DNA of 32,000 bases from Candidatus Nanoarchaeia archaeon (GCA_028279745.1 JANQNC010000001.1:900001-932000), one strand, 5' to 3'. Counted from the stretch's first letter, positions 9,361 through 18,021 are shown. The notes: generated by a model not told the origin, from the sequence alone. Translations and numbers: made by a program.

Positions 9361-11210
9361 TCGGAGTTTGGGATTTTAAGAATAAAGTTGACAAAAAAAG
9401 ACTTAACCAGATGAGAGACTCTTTAGAACATAGGGGGCCAGACGATAAAGGAACATATGTGGATGGGAGTATAGGGCTTGCGCAAAGAAGGTTAAGTATT
9501 ATTGATCTTTCCAAGGCAGGCAGACAACCGATGAGCAATGAGGATGGAAATATATGGATAACTTATAATGGAGAAATCTATAATTTCAAAGAGATAAAAG
9601 AAGATCTTGAGAAAAAAGGACACAAGTTTGAATCAGATACTGATACAGAAGTGATCATACATGCATACGAAGAATATGGTGAAAAATGTGTCAGTATGTT
9701 TAATGGCATGTTTGCATTTGCCATATGGGACTCAAACAAAAAAGAAATTTTCTTGGCAAGAGATAGAATTGGTCAGAAACCTTTAGTTTACTATAAAGAT
9801 CAAGATAAGTTTGTTTTTGCTTCAGAACTAAAAGCGATACTTCTTTATCCTGCGGTCGATAAGACAATAGCTGATGAAGCCATAACTCACTATCTTAGTT
9901 TTGGATATGTGCCAACGCCAAAGTGTATATTTGAGAAGATGTCAAAATTACCTCCAGGGCATTATGGGGTTGTTGATAAAAAAGGGAATGTTAAGATTGA
10001 ACAGTATTGGGATGTACATTTTTATAAGACTATAAAAAAATCAGAAAAAAGTCATTGTAAAGATATAGTCAAAGATTTGTATGAAGCTACAGAAAAAAGA
10101 ATGATATCTGATGTTCCGCTTGGAGCATTCTTATCTGGGGGGATAGACAGTAGTGCAGTTGTAGCAATGATGTCAAAAATATCTGACCTGCCTGTAAAAA
10201 CGTTTTCAATAGGTTTTGAAGAACAAGACTTTGACGAAACAGTATATGCAAGACAAGTTGCAGACTTATTTGGAACAGACCATCGAGAAGAGATAGTGAA
10301 GATGGATGCGATAAACATAATGGATGATCTAGTGTGGCATTATAACGAGCCGTATGCGGATTCATCAGCAATACCTACATTTTATCTGTCAAAAATGACA
10401 AGAAAACACGTTACTGTTGCGTTAAGTGGTGATGCGGGGGATGAAAGCTTCTTGGGTTATCCAAGATATGTCCCAGATAAGTACGAGATAATGTCAAAAG
10501 TGACGCCTGGTTTTTTGAAACCTTCAGTTTCTAGTTTTGGTAAAATGTTTTTCTCACAAGGTCATAAAATACCTTTATTCCAACAGATAGGGAGAAAATT
10601 TGACCTTCTTACGATGAAAGAAGAAGAACAATATTTTGAATGGCTATCAAATTTTAACACATACTACAAAAACAAAACAATGAACCAAGTAAAGGAGAGT
10701 TCTAAACAAATTCTTTTACAAAAGGCAGACAAGTACAAAGCACCCATGCTAAAAAAACAGTATTTTGATTTTAAGCACTATCTGCCTGATGATATCCTTG
10801 TAAAAGTAGATATAGCATCGATGGCACACAGCTTAGAAGTGAGAAGTCCTTTTTTGGATCATAATCTAATAGCGAGCGCAAGCAGAATACCTTGGAAAGT
10901 GAAAATGAAGAACTTGGAGAAAAAGTATCTTTTAAAGAGAGCGTTATCTGGAATATTGCCAAAAAATATTCTTTACAGGAAAAAAGCAGGATTTGGTGTT
11001 CCCTTAGTTCATTGGTTTAGGAAAGACTTGAAAGATGTGAGTTATGATGTTTTGCTTAGCAAAGATGCAAGTAGCAGAGGGTATTTTAATAAGAGCTTTA
11101 TCAAAAAATTACTGGGCAGCCATAATAGAGGCGCTGACCACAGCCACAAGATATGGAGTCTATTGTTCTTAGAGAAATGGTTTAGAAAATTTATGGATGG
11201 GGAAAAGTAA
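9348..11210 (+). CDS. asnB: Asparagine synthase (glutamine-hydrolysing)-type amidotransferase
   Basis: N-terminal MCGIVG (Cys2 nucleophile of Ntn amidotransferases). The synthetase domain has a PP-loop LSGGIDSS. 620 aa. It overlaps the upstream GT4 by 13 nt. Confidence 0.9.
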   Translation: MCGIVGVWDFKNKVDKKRLNQMRDSLEHRGPDDKGTYVDGSIGLAQRRLSIIDLSKAGRQPMSNEDGNIWITYNGEIYNFKEIKEDLEKKGHKFESDTDTEVIIHAYEEYGEKCVSMFNGMFAFAIWDSNKKEIFLARDRIGQKPLVYYKDQDKFVFASELKAILLYPAVDKTIADEAITHYLSFGYVPTPKCIFEKMSKLPPGHYGVVDKKGNVKIEQYWDVHFYKTIKKSEKSHCKDIVKDLYEATEKRMISDVPLGAFLSGGIDSSAVVAMMSKISDLPVKTFSIGFEEQDFDETVYARQVADLFGTDHREEIVKMDAINIMDDLVWHYNEPYADSSAIPTFYLSKMTRKHVTVALSGDAGDESFLGYPRYVPDKYEIMSKVTPGFLKPSVSSFGKMFFSQGHKIPLFQQIGRKFDLLTMKEEEQYFEWLSNFNTYYKNKTMNQVKESSKQILLQKADKYKAPMLKKQYFDFKHYLPDDILVKVDIASMAHSLEVRSPFLDHNLIASASRIPWKVKMKNLEKKYLLKRALSGILPKNILYRKKAGFGVPLVHWFRKDLKDVSYDVLLSKDASSRGYFNKSFIKKLLGSHNRGADHSHKIWSLLFLEKWFRKFMDGEK

Positions 11211-12339
11211 AGTGAAGATATTATTCTTATGCCACAGGGTTCCTACACCTTACAGAGGGAGCAGCAGGACAGCTTTGAATGTGATAAAACATCTATCAAA
11301 GAAGCACGAAGTTCATGTTGTTTATCTAAGTTTTAGCAGGAAAGATTTGTTGTGGGCTAAAGAGCTAGAAAAGTTTTGCAGTAAAGCATCAACAACAATA
11401 ATAAAAAGACCTGTGTTGGGTGCAGTTGGAAGCATTTTTTCATTAAGGCCAAGCTCTTTTGGATATTTTTACTCTAAGAAGCTGAAAGAGATTGTAGATA
11501 GTATAGATTGCGATCTTATATTTATAAGATCATCACAGATGGCAATGTATGTTTCTGAAAGAAAAGAAAGAAAGATAGGTTTTATAGGTGATGCGGATTC
11601 AGAAAAATGGAAAACATATTCAAAAGAGAAACTTTTCCCATTAGGGCCGTTTTACTATCTCGAATATCTCAAAGTAAAGAGATGGGAGAAAAAGATCGTT
11701 AAACAGTGTGAAAAGATAATAGTTATCTCGGAGCCAGAGAAAGAATTATTGAGTAAAGATGCAATAGTGATGCCCAACGGAGTAAAGATACCAAAACTGA
11801 AAAAAACAGTCAAAGCGAAAAGTTCAGTTATCTTCTTGGGAGTTATGGACTACAGACCAAATGTTGAAGGAACTATATATTTTCATGATGAGATACTTCC
11901 TTTGATAAAGAAGCAAGTTCCTGATGTAAAATTTGTAGTTGCAGGGATGAATCCTGCGAAAAAACTGAAAAAACTGAAAAATGCTACAGTTACAGGGTTT
12001 GTAGAAGATATGACTTCTTTAGTTGCAAGCCAGTCAGTTTTTGTGTCTCCGTTAAAGACTGCAAGAGGGGTTCAGAACAAGATACTTGATGCGATGGCAG
12101 CAGGTGTTCCAGTAGTGAGCACAAGTCTAGCAAATCAAGGGATATTGGCAGAGGATGGAAGAGAGATATTGATCGCAGACACGCCTGTAAGATTTGCTGA
12201 GAAAGTTATGAGGTTATTGAATGATAAAAAATTAAGAGAAAAGATTTCATTAAATGCTAAGAGATTCATAAAAAAGAAGTTTGATCTAGATACAAACTTA
12301 AAAATGTTGGACAATATAGTTTATGGGGTGAAGAGTTAA
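11197..12339 (+). CDS. Glycosyltransferase family 4-like (GT-B)
   Basis: ARGVQNKILDAMAAGVPVVSTSLANQGI is the donor-binding region of GT-B retaining transferases. It overlaps asnB by 14 nt. Confidence 0.8.
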   Translation: MGKSKVKILFLCHRVPTPYRGSSRTALNVIKHLSKKHEVHVVYLSFSRKDLLWAKELEKFCSKASTTIIKRPVLGAVGSIFSLRPSSFGYFYSKKLKEIVDSIDCDLIFIRSSQMAMYVSERKERKIGFIGDADSEKWKTYSKEKLFPLGPFYYLEYLKVKRWEKKIVKQCEKIIVISEPEKELLSKDAIVMPNGVKIPKLKKTVKAKSSVIFLGVMDYRPNVEGTIYFHDEILPLIKKQVPDVKFVVAGMNPAKKLKKLKNATVTGFVEDMTSLVASQSVFVSPLKTARGVQNKILDAMAAGVPVVSTSLANQGILAEDGREILIADTPVRFAEKVMRLLNDKKLREKISLNAKRFIKKKFDLDTNLKMLDNIVYGVKS

Positions 12340-13517
12340 TGAGGGTGTTATTTTTGTGTAAGGATGTGATCTTCCCGATAGATTCAGGGGGGAGGATAAG
12401 AACTTATAATATGCTTAAACAGCTAAATAAGAAGTTTGATTTAGATATAATCTCTGTTGTGTGCCCAGGAGAAGAGAAATACATCCCTGAAATGAGAAAG
12501 TTATGTAAGAATTTTGTTTATGTGAGGTCAAGGAAATCTTCTAAACAAGGTTTAAAATTTTATTTGCATGTATTTAGAAATCTATTCTCAAGATACCCTT
12601 ATACCATGGCGCATGACTATAAGAGAGACTTGAAACGAAATATAAACAGAATCTATAAGAATTATAATCTGTTCATCTGTGACTTTCTGTTCCCAGCTCT
12701 TAACTGCTTAGATGTAAAGATAAAAAAAGTACTGTTTCAGCATAATGTTGAATTTATGGTTTTGAAAAGGCATTTTCAGAACACAAAAGGCATAAAAAGA
12801 CTTATATGGTGGTTACAGTACATAAAAGCAAAAAGAATGGAGAAAAAGATTACAAGGCTATTTAACTATGTAATCTGTGTATCGGAAAATGATGTCAATA
12901 TTCATAGACGTGTATTTGGTGTGAAAAATACAGATTATGTAGACCTTGGGGTGGATGTAAAAGAATATGAAAGGAAGGGTTTTGAAAGAGAAAAAAAATC
13001 AATAGTTTTCACAGCAGGTCTTGACTGGAGACCAAACCCTGATGGAGTCAAATATTTTAACGATAAGATATTTCCCAGACTTGAAGGATACAAGTTTTAT
13101 TGTGTCGGAAAAAATCCAGATAAGGAGATTAGAAAACTGAATAGAAAAGATTTTGTGGTTACTGGGCGAGTGCCAGATGTTAAACCTTACTTGTTTAGGG
13201 GAGAGGTTTATGCAGTGCCACTGAGAATTGGCGGCGGAACAAGAATAAAAATATTCCAAGCGATGGCTGCAAAGATCCCTGTTGTTTCGACAACAATAGG
13301 TGCAGAAGGATTGCCAGTAACTGACGGAGAGAACATATTGATAAGAGATTCACCCAAAGAGTTCGCTGAAGCGATAGATAAACTGAGTACTGATAAAAAA
13401 CTGTATAACCGAATTAAAAATAATGCGTATAACCTAGTTAAGAATAACTATTCTTGGGAAAAAATATCAAAGAAATTTATTGAGATATGTGAAACTGTTG
13501 TGGGGATAAGAAAATGA
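12339..13517 (+). CDS. Glycosyltransferase family 4-like (GT-B), paralogue of the previous gene
   Basis: GGGTRIKIFQAMAAKIPVVSTTIGAEGLPV, and an N-terminus similar to 11197-12339. TAATG overlap of 1 nt. Confidence 0.8.
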   Translation: MRVLFLCKDVIFPIDSGGRIRTYNMLKQLNKKFDLDIISVVCPGEEKYIPEMRKLCKNFVYVRSRKSSKQGLKFYLHVFRNLFSRYPYTMAHDYKRDLKRNINRIYKNYNLFICDFLFPALNCLDVKIKKVLFQHNVEFMVLKRHFQNTKGIKRLIWWLQYIKAKRMEKKITRLFNYVICVSENDVNIHRRVFGVKNTDYVDLGVDVKEYERKGFEREKKSIVFTAGLDWRPNPDGVKYFNDKIFPRLEGYKFYCVGKNPDKEIRKLNRKDFVVTGRVPDVKPYLFRGEVYAVPLRIGGGTRIKIFQAMAAKIPVVSTTIGAEGLPVTDGENILIRDSPKEFAEAIDKLSTDKKLYNRIKNNAYNLVKNNYSWEKISKKFIEICETVVGIRK

Positions 13518-14308
13518 AATTTGTAAAAGGTTTAATCTTAAAGTTTTTGCCTGAAAAAGTTTTGATTTGGTTGAAGAAAAAGTATTACGCAAGAACTCTT
13601 TCAAGACTTTCATTAAGTGGAAAGTTGGCTTATTTTAAAGTTGTTAGAGAGCTGGTTGTACCTGGAGATAGGGTTATAGACATTGGTGCTAATATAGGTT
13701 ATTGCACGAAAGTAATGTCTAAATTTGTTTCAGAATCTGGAAAAGTGTACAGCATTGAGCCTGTAAAGCAAACCTTCGAGTTACTAAAAAGTAATATTGG
13801 GAGTTTTAAGTTAAGAAATGTTAAACCATTGAGGTTTGCAGTTTCTAACAAAGAAGAGATGGTAAAAATGGAAATACCTATCTATGAATCTTTGGGGAAA
13901 AACTATTATGAAGCGAGATTGGTTGGTGATAAGGAAGAGTTTAAAGACATTTTCAGTGTTCAGTCAAAAAAGATCGACTCTTTATTTTTGGATGAGAATA
14001 TATCTTTCATCAAATGTGATGTTGAAGGTCATGAACTTGAAGTTTTTCAAGGGGCAAAGCAGTTTTTGAAAAAAGTAAAACCTGGTTGGTTGGTTGAAGT
14101 GATAAGCGATCCAGAAGAAAAAGGTTCTCCAGCAAACCGTCTTTTTAAATTGGTCAAAAAAGAAGGGTATGGGGCATATTGGTTTAACAGCGAGGATAAA
14201 TCACTAAACAGGTATAAAAAAGGGACGAAAGCAATCGACTTTTTCTTTTTGACCAAAGAACATATAAATAAGTTGATGAGTTCAGATGAAATAAAAGTAA
14301 AAGGTTAA
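13514..14308 (+). CDS. FkbM-family SAM-dependent methyltransferase
   Basis: SAM motif VIDIGANIGYCT, then IKCDVEGHELEV, which is typical of FkbM-type methyltransferases. ATGA overlap upstream. Confidence 0.75.
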   Translation: MKFVKGLILKFLPEKVLIWLKKKYYARTLSRLSLSGKLAYFKVVRELVVPGDRVIDIGANIGYCTKVMSKFVSESGKVYSIEPVKQTFELLKSNIGSFKLRNVKPLRFAVSNKEEMVKMEIPIYESLGKNYYEARLVGDKEEFKDIFSVQSKKIDSLFLDENISFIKCDVEGHELEVFQGAKQFLKKVKPGWLVEVISDPEEKGSPANRLFKLVKKEGYGAYWFNSEDKSLNRYKKGTKAIDFFFLTKEHINKLMSSDEIKVKG

Positions 14309-14309
14309 G

Positions 14310-15524
14310 ATGAACATAAGTGTTTTTGGATTGGGTTATGTGGGGATAGTAACATCTGCAATACTTTCAAAGAAGCATAAAGTTATAGGTGTAGATGTAA
14401 ATCCGACAAAAGTCTCAATAATGAACCAAGGCAGATCACCTATAATTGAGGAAGGGGTGAGCGAGCTAGTAAAAAAAGGGATAAAGTCTAAAAGGCTTAA
14501 AGCAACTTCTGATCCAAAATATGCTGTAATGAACACAGATGTTTCTGTGATTTGTGTCGGGACACCTTCTGAAGAGTCGGGAGGACACGATCTCTCTTAT
14601 CTTAATAATGTTATGGAAGAGATATCAGAGCTACTTAAGGAAAAGAAAAAGTATCATCTTATTGTAATAAGATCTACAGTAACTCCTGGGACTTCTCTTG
14701 AGATGAAAGAAAAGTATTTTCAGGGGATGAATGTTGGGTTATGTTTTAACCCAGAGTTTTTGAGAGAAGGCGTCGCGGTTAAAGATTATATCAATCCTCC
14801 TTTCATAATTGTTGCATGCACAGACAAGAAAGCAGTTAAGCTTATGAAAGAATTTTATAAAGGGATTAAATCAGAGTTTATTGTTGCACCATTTCAGGAA
14901 GCAGAGACAGTAAAGATGTTGTGTAATGTGTTCCATGCATATAAGATTGTGTTTGCGAATGAAGTGGGCAGGTTTTCGGAAGCATATGGTGTGAGTGGAA
15001 AAAGATTAATGAGCTTGTTGTGCAGAGATAAAAAGCTAAACATCTCAAGTAAGTATCTTATACCTGGTTTTGCTTATGGGGGGAGTTGCCTACCAAAAGA
15101 TCTAAGAAATTTACAGTATCTTGCAAGAAAGAAAGATCTAGATTTACCTGTAATAAACAGCCTTGATATTTCAAATGAGAAACACATACACAACGCAATA
15201 AGAAAAATAGAGTCATTTGATGTGCGGAGTGTGGGTTTTGTAGGATTAAGCTTTAAACCAGGTACAGATGATTTGAGAGAAAGTCCGCAAGTTAGGTTGG
15301 TTGAATACTTTATCGGAAAAGGGTATGATGTTAAAATATTCGACAAAGATGTTTCACTTGCAAAACTGATGGGTGCAAACAAAGCATACATCGAGAAAGA
15401 AATACCTCACATAAGCTCGCTTCTTGTGGATAGATTGGATGAGTTAGATGAGTGTAAAACTATAGTTCTTAATAGGAATGTTAAAAAAGATTTTAGCAAT
15501 AGGAATGTTGTTGATTTAAGATAA
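14310..15524 (+). CDS. Nucleotide-sugar 6-dehydrogenase (UDP-glucose/GDP-mannose dehydrogenase family)
   Basis: N-terminal Rossmann FGLGYVGIVTSA, a catalytic-cysteine motif GFAYGGSCLPKD, and LSFKPGTDDLRESP. Confidence 0.9.
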   Translation: MNISVFGLGYVGIVTSAILSKKHKVIGVDVNPTKVSIMNQGRSPIIEEGVSELVKKGIKSKRLKATSDPKYAVMNTDVSVICVGTPSEESGGHDLSYLNNVMEEISELLKEKKKYHLIVIRSTVTPGTSLEMKEKYFQGMNVGLCFNPEFLREGVAVKDYINPPFIIVACTDKKAVKLMKEFYKGIKSEFIVAPFQEAETVKMLCNVFHAYKIVFANEVGRFSEAYGVSGKRLMSLLCRDKKLNISSKYLIPGFAYGGSCLPKDLRNLQYLARKKDLDLPVINSLDISNEKHIHNAIRKIESFDVRSVGFVGLSFKPGTDDLRESPQVRLVEYFIGKGYDVKIFDKDVSLAKLMGANKAYIEKEIPHISSLLVDRLDELDECKTIVLNRNVKKDFSNRNVVDLR

Positions 15525-15541
15525 TGTTTTCCTTTTAAATG

Positions 15542-15559
15542 AGGGGTCACTCCCTTTTT
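15542..15559 (+). terminator. Hairpin plus T5 tract after the dehydrogenase gene
   Basis: AGGGG-tcac-TCCCT stem-loop at 15542-15555 runs directly into TTTTT (15555-15559). Further T-tracts follow before the next gene. Confidence 0.4.
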
Positions 15560-15607
15560 AAGGCAGGGGAAAAACTTAATAAAGACTTATTTTTCCTATT
15601 TTAGAAT

Positions 15608-16768
15608 ATGGTGGTTATAGATAACAAAGGAAGACTTTTTGGGAAAGTAAATGTTATAGATATTATTCTGGTTGCACTTGTTATTCTTGGGGTGATTGTT
15701 GGTGTGAAGTTTATTAGTGATCAACTTGAACCTCCCGAGTATGAAGCAACATACCTTATTTTAGAAGTTGAAAGAGTCTCTTCCTACATACTTGAGACTG
15801 TGAAGGAGGGAGATGTAGGTTATTATAGGGGCATACCTGTACTAAAAATAATAAATTTTACAGCAATACCTAAATCAAAAGAGGAAGGGAACTATGAAGT
15901 TTACCTTACCTTTAAAGTTTTGTCCACAAATAACGGCGGAGATTTAAAATTTGCAGATGGCCAAGAGATAAGGGCGGGCGCACCCATCGAGCTTATAACA
16001 GAAAACAGCAGGTTTTTAGGAAAAATACAAAAAGTATCTCAGGATGTGGGCGATTTACATTTACCAGACTATAAGATAGTAAAAAAAGTAATTGGTGTAG
16101 AAGTGAGTAATCTGGTGTCTGATGAGATTATAAGATCAATTGTTAAAGGAGGGGTAAATGAGTATGCAGGTATGAACATAACGAACATAGTTGACTATTC
16201 AGCTTTTCCTTCAGTTACGAGAGAAGGATACAGTCAGTTGTACTTGATTGTTGAAGTATTAGCAATATCTAAAGATGGAAGATTGATCTCGATAGAAAAC
16301 GATAACCCTTCAAATGATATTAAAATAGGGAATTACGTGAATATACACACAGATGATGGTTATTTTAGGGGGGTCATAGAACTGGTTGGAGATAACACCT
16401 CTGAGTTTAGAGAAGCTTATGATAAACGAGTTATGGGGGTATCTGTAATATCTCGAGGGGTGTATCCTGAACAAGGAGTTAATTTTGTGAACGTGGGTGA
16501 TGTAGAGTTAGATGCTAGCGGAGAAGTAATTGTTAAGGTAGTAAACAGAGAAGAAATAAGTTCTAGTCTAGTCTCTGTGAGCGATTCAGGAAAGGTGTTT
16601 GTTGTAAAAGACCCGGTTAGAAAGGATATTACGTTAGATGCAGATATAACTGTACTAAAAAAAGGAGATGACTACTTCTTTAAAGACGAACTTGTCAAAA
16701 TTGGTGGGAAAATAACATTTTTACCGAGGAATAATTTAGTTGAAGGAGTAGTAATAGACATAAAATGA
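15608..16768 (+). CDS. Membrane-anchored DUF4330-like protein with three tandem domain copies
   Basis: The N-terminus IDNKGRLFGKVNVIDIILVALVILGVIV matches my memory of the DUF4330 signature plus a TM anchor. Three beta-rich segments of about 100 aa follow, ending FLGKIQKV, FRGVIELV and VEGVVIDI. Confidence 0.55.
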   Translation: MVVIDNKGRLFGKVNVIDIILVALVILGVIVGVKFISDQLEPPEYEATYLILEVERVSSYILETVKEGDVGYYRGIPVLKIINFTAIPKSKEEGNYEVYLTFKVLSTNNGGDLKFADGQEIRAGAPIELITENSRFLGKIQKVSQDVGDLHLPDYKIVKKVIGVEVSNLVSDEIIRSIVKGGVNEYAGMNITNIVDYSAFPSVTREGYSQLYLIVEVLAISKDGRLISIENDNPSNDIKIGNYVNIHTDDGYFRGVIELVGDNTSEFREAYDKRVMGVSVISRGVYPEQGVNFVNVGDVELDASGEVIVKVVNREEISSSLVSVSDSGKVFVVKDPVRKDITLDADITVLKKGDDYFFKDELVKIGGKITFLPRNNLVEGVVIDIK

Positions 16769-17244
16769 AACGTCTAGCTGAAACTAGCTTTACATTTCAA
16801 TCTTTAAACAAATTGAACGATCTTATTGTCATGGTAGTTTCTTTCTCTAGGTACAGTGTACTGTTTAGATTATTAGACTGCATTGAAAGAAAGATAAGCA
16901 ATATGTTCGGTGTTACTAAATTGGCGGAAATTAAAAGCGGCAGTAAGATTTTAGGTTTTTTTGAAGGGGATAATAAAGAGACATTTGAGGTTGCCAATAA
17001 AGGAGTTATCTACTCCATACTTAGTTTTGCAGGGAAGGTTGTGCACTTTTTTGTTGGATGTATCTTAAACCTAGTTCCTGAAAGAGTTTTAGGTATGAAG
17101 ATGATAAGAGTGATGGGTGTTTTTATATTCGGATTGATAGCTGCGAATAGCATAATCTCATCTGGAGAATTAAATTTACAAGGGGTTATAGTAAGAGGCA
17201 TCATTATGGCAATATCTTTATTCTTGATCTGGAGGTTTAAATGA
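16765..17244 (+). CDS. Small hypothetical membrane protein
   Basis: 159 aa with hydrophobic segments (VIYSILSFAGKVVHFFVGCIL; VMGVFIFGLIAANSII; GIIMAISLFLIW). ATGA overlaps at both ends suggest translational coupling. Confidence 0.5.
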   Translation: MKRLAETSFTFQSLNKLNDLIVMVVSFSRYSVLFRLLDCIERKISNMFGVTKLAEIKSGSKILGFFEGDNKETFEVANKGVIYSILSFAGKVVHFFVGCILNLVPERVLGMKMIRVMGVFIFGLIAANSIISSGELNLQGVIVRGIIMAISLFLIWRFK

Positions 17245-17810
17245 AAGCTCAAGACGTGATAAAAAAGATCGCACCCGTTTTTTTAGTACTAGTAAGTATG
17301 TTTGTTATTTTTATAGTTTTAATTATGGCTCAAATGGGAATTTTTACTTGTGCACCTGGAGAAGTTGGTGAGTGTAATCTGTTGGATGGAGAAAAAGGCA
17401 TAAGGTTATGTTCTTCTTCGGGAAAACTAAGCAAATCCTGGAGTGTATGTTTACCTTATGAATGCAACAGACTGGACGCCACAGAGAAGTGCGAATTGAC
17501 TGAAGGATTAGTTGGAATAAAAAAGTGTGTTCCTCGGGGTGAAGTTGGCAAAGTTTGGAGTGAGTGCGTTTTACACGAATGCGAGTATGACGGTAAGATC
17601 TTAGAATGTGGTTTTTCTGACGGAAGTAAAGGAATCCAGAACTGTGTGAGTTTTAAAGGAATTGGCACTAAATTAAGTGAATGTATCCTGTATGAATGTG
17701 AATATGCTTTTCAGGAAAAAGCCTGTATTTTAAGTAGTGGCTTAGAAGGCAAACAAATCTGCCAAAGCCATAGTGGTGGCTTGGGCAAAAAATGGAGTGA
17801 ATGCCAGTAA
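17241..17810 (+). CDS. Membrane-anchored Cys-rich tandem-repeat protein (unknown family)
   Basis: N-terminal anchor APVFLVLVSMFVIFIVLIMA, followed by four repeats of about 31 aa with a fixed cysteine spacing. Confidence 0.6.
   Translation: MKAQDVIKKIAPVFLVLVSMFVIFIVLIMAQMGIFTCAPGEVGECNLLDGEKGIRLCSSSGKLSKSWSVCLPYECNRLDATEKCELTEGLVGIKKCVPRGEVGKVWSECVLHECEYDGKILECGFSDGSKGIQNCVSFKGIGTKLSECILYECEYAFQEKACILSSGLEGKQICQSHSGGLGKKWSECQ
17349..17807 (+). repeat. Four tandem coding repeats of about 39 aa (about 115 nt), pattern C-x7/8-C-x11-C-x12/13-C-x4
   Basis: R1 CAPGEVGECNLLDGEKGIRLCSSSGKLSKSWSVCLPYE. R2 CNRLDATEKCELTEGLVGIKKCVPRGEVGKVWSECVLHE. R3 CEYDGKILECGFSDGSKGIQNCVSFKGIGTKLSECILYE. R4 CEYAFQEKACILSSGLEGKQICQSHSGGLGKKWSEC. 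Confidence 0.7.
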
Positions 17811-17822
17811 CTCCACTAAATC

Positions 17823-17830
17823 TTTATAAA
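17823..17830 (+). promoter_or_regulatory. Archaeal TATA box for the tRNA gene
   Basis: TTTATAAA is centred about 27-28 nt upstream of G17855, the first base of the acceptor stem. That is the usual archaeal TATA-to-start spacing. Confidence 0.55.
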
Positions 17831-17874
17831 TAAAATACTTGTTCTTTAATGTATGAACCTGTAGCGCAGCCTGG

Positions 17875-17964
17875 CAACTGCCACTGTCAGTTGACACCAG
17901 GAGGCGACTCCTAGTGCTTCGCACCGGAGTCCCCTGGGAACACTTGATCGTGTAAGTTGGGCAA
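17875..17964 (+). other. tRNA intron 1 (90 nt), D-loop, after G18G19
   Basis: BHB motif: central helix G17869-C17962, C17870-G17961, C17871-G17960, U17872-G17959. The 3-nt bulges are GG|C (17873-17875) and AA|A (17963-17965). The inner helix pairs AACU 17876-17879 with AGUU 17955-17958. Boundaries could shift by 1-2 nt. Confidence 0.65.
17904..17933 (+). repeat. 30-nt hairpin module, copy 1 (inside intron 1)
   Basis: GCGACTCCTAGTGCTTCGCACCGGAGTCCC matches copy 2 at 28 of 30 positions. It folds as GACUCC/GGAGUC plus GUGC/GCAC, with an asymmetric UA/C internal loop. Confidence 0.9.
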
Positions 17965-17983
17965 ATAGCGCAATAGCCTCCTA

Positions 17984-17999
17984 AACTTAAGTTGAAGAC
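17984..17999 (+). other. tRNA intron 2 (16 nt), canonical 37/38 position
   Basis: The anticodon stem AUAGC/GCUAU flanks 23 nt, and only the 6+1 split gives U33 and a purine at 37 (loop CUCCUAA). The BHB is relaxed: the central helix CUCC/GAAG has one C-A mismatch, and the bulges are UA|A and AC|A. Confidence 0.7.
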
Positions 18000-18021
18000 A
18001 GCTATAGGTCGAGGGTTCGAA

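Noticed and set aside
11958-11981. A short tandem DNA repeat (gaaaaaact x2.5), considered as a possible CRISPR-like or slippage element.
   Set aside because: There are only about 2.5 units, it lies in frame inside the GT4 gene (it encodes KKLKKLK), and it has no spacer architecture. No CRISPR-like array exists anywhere in the window.
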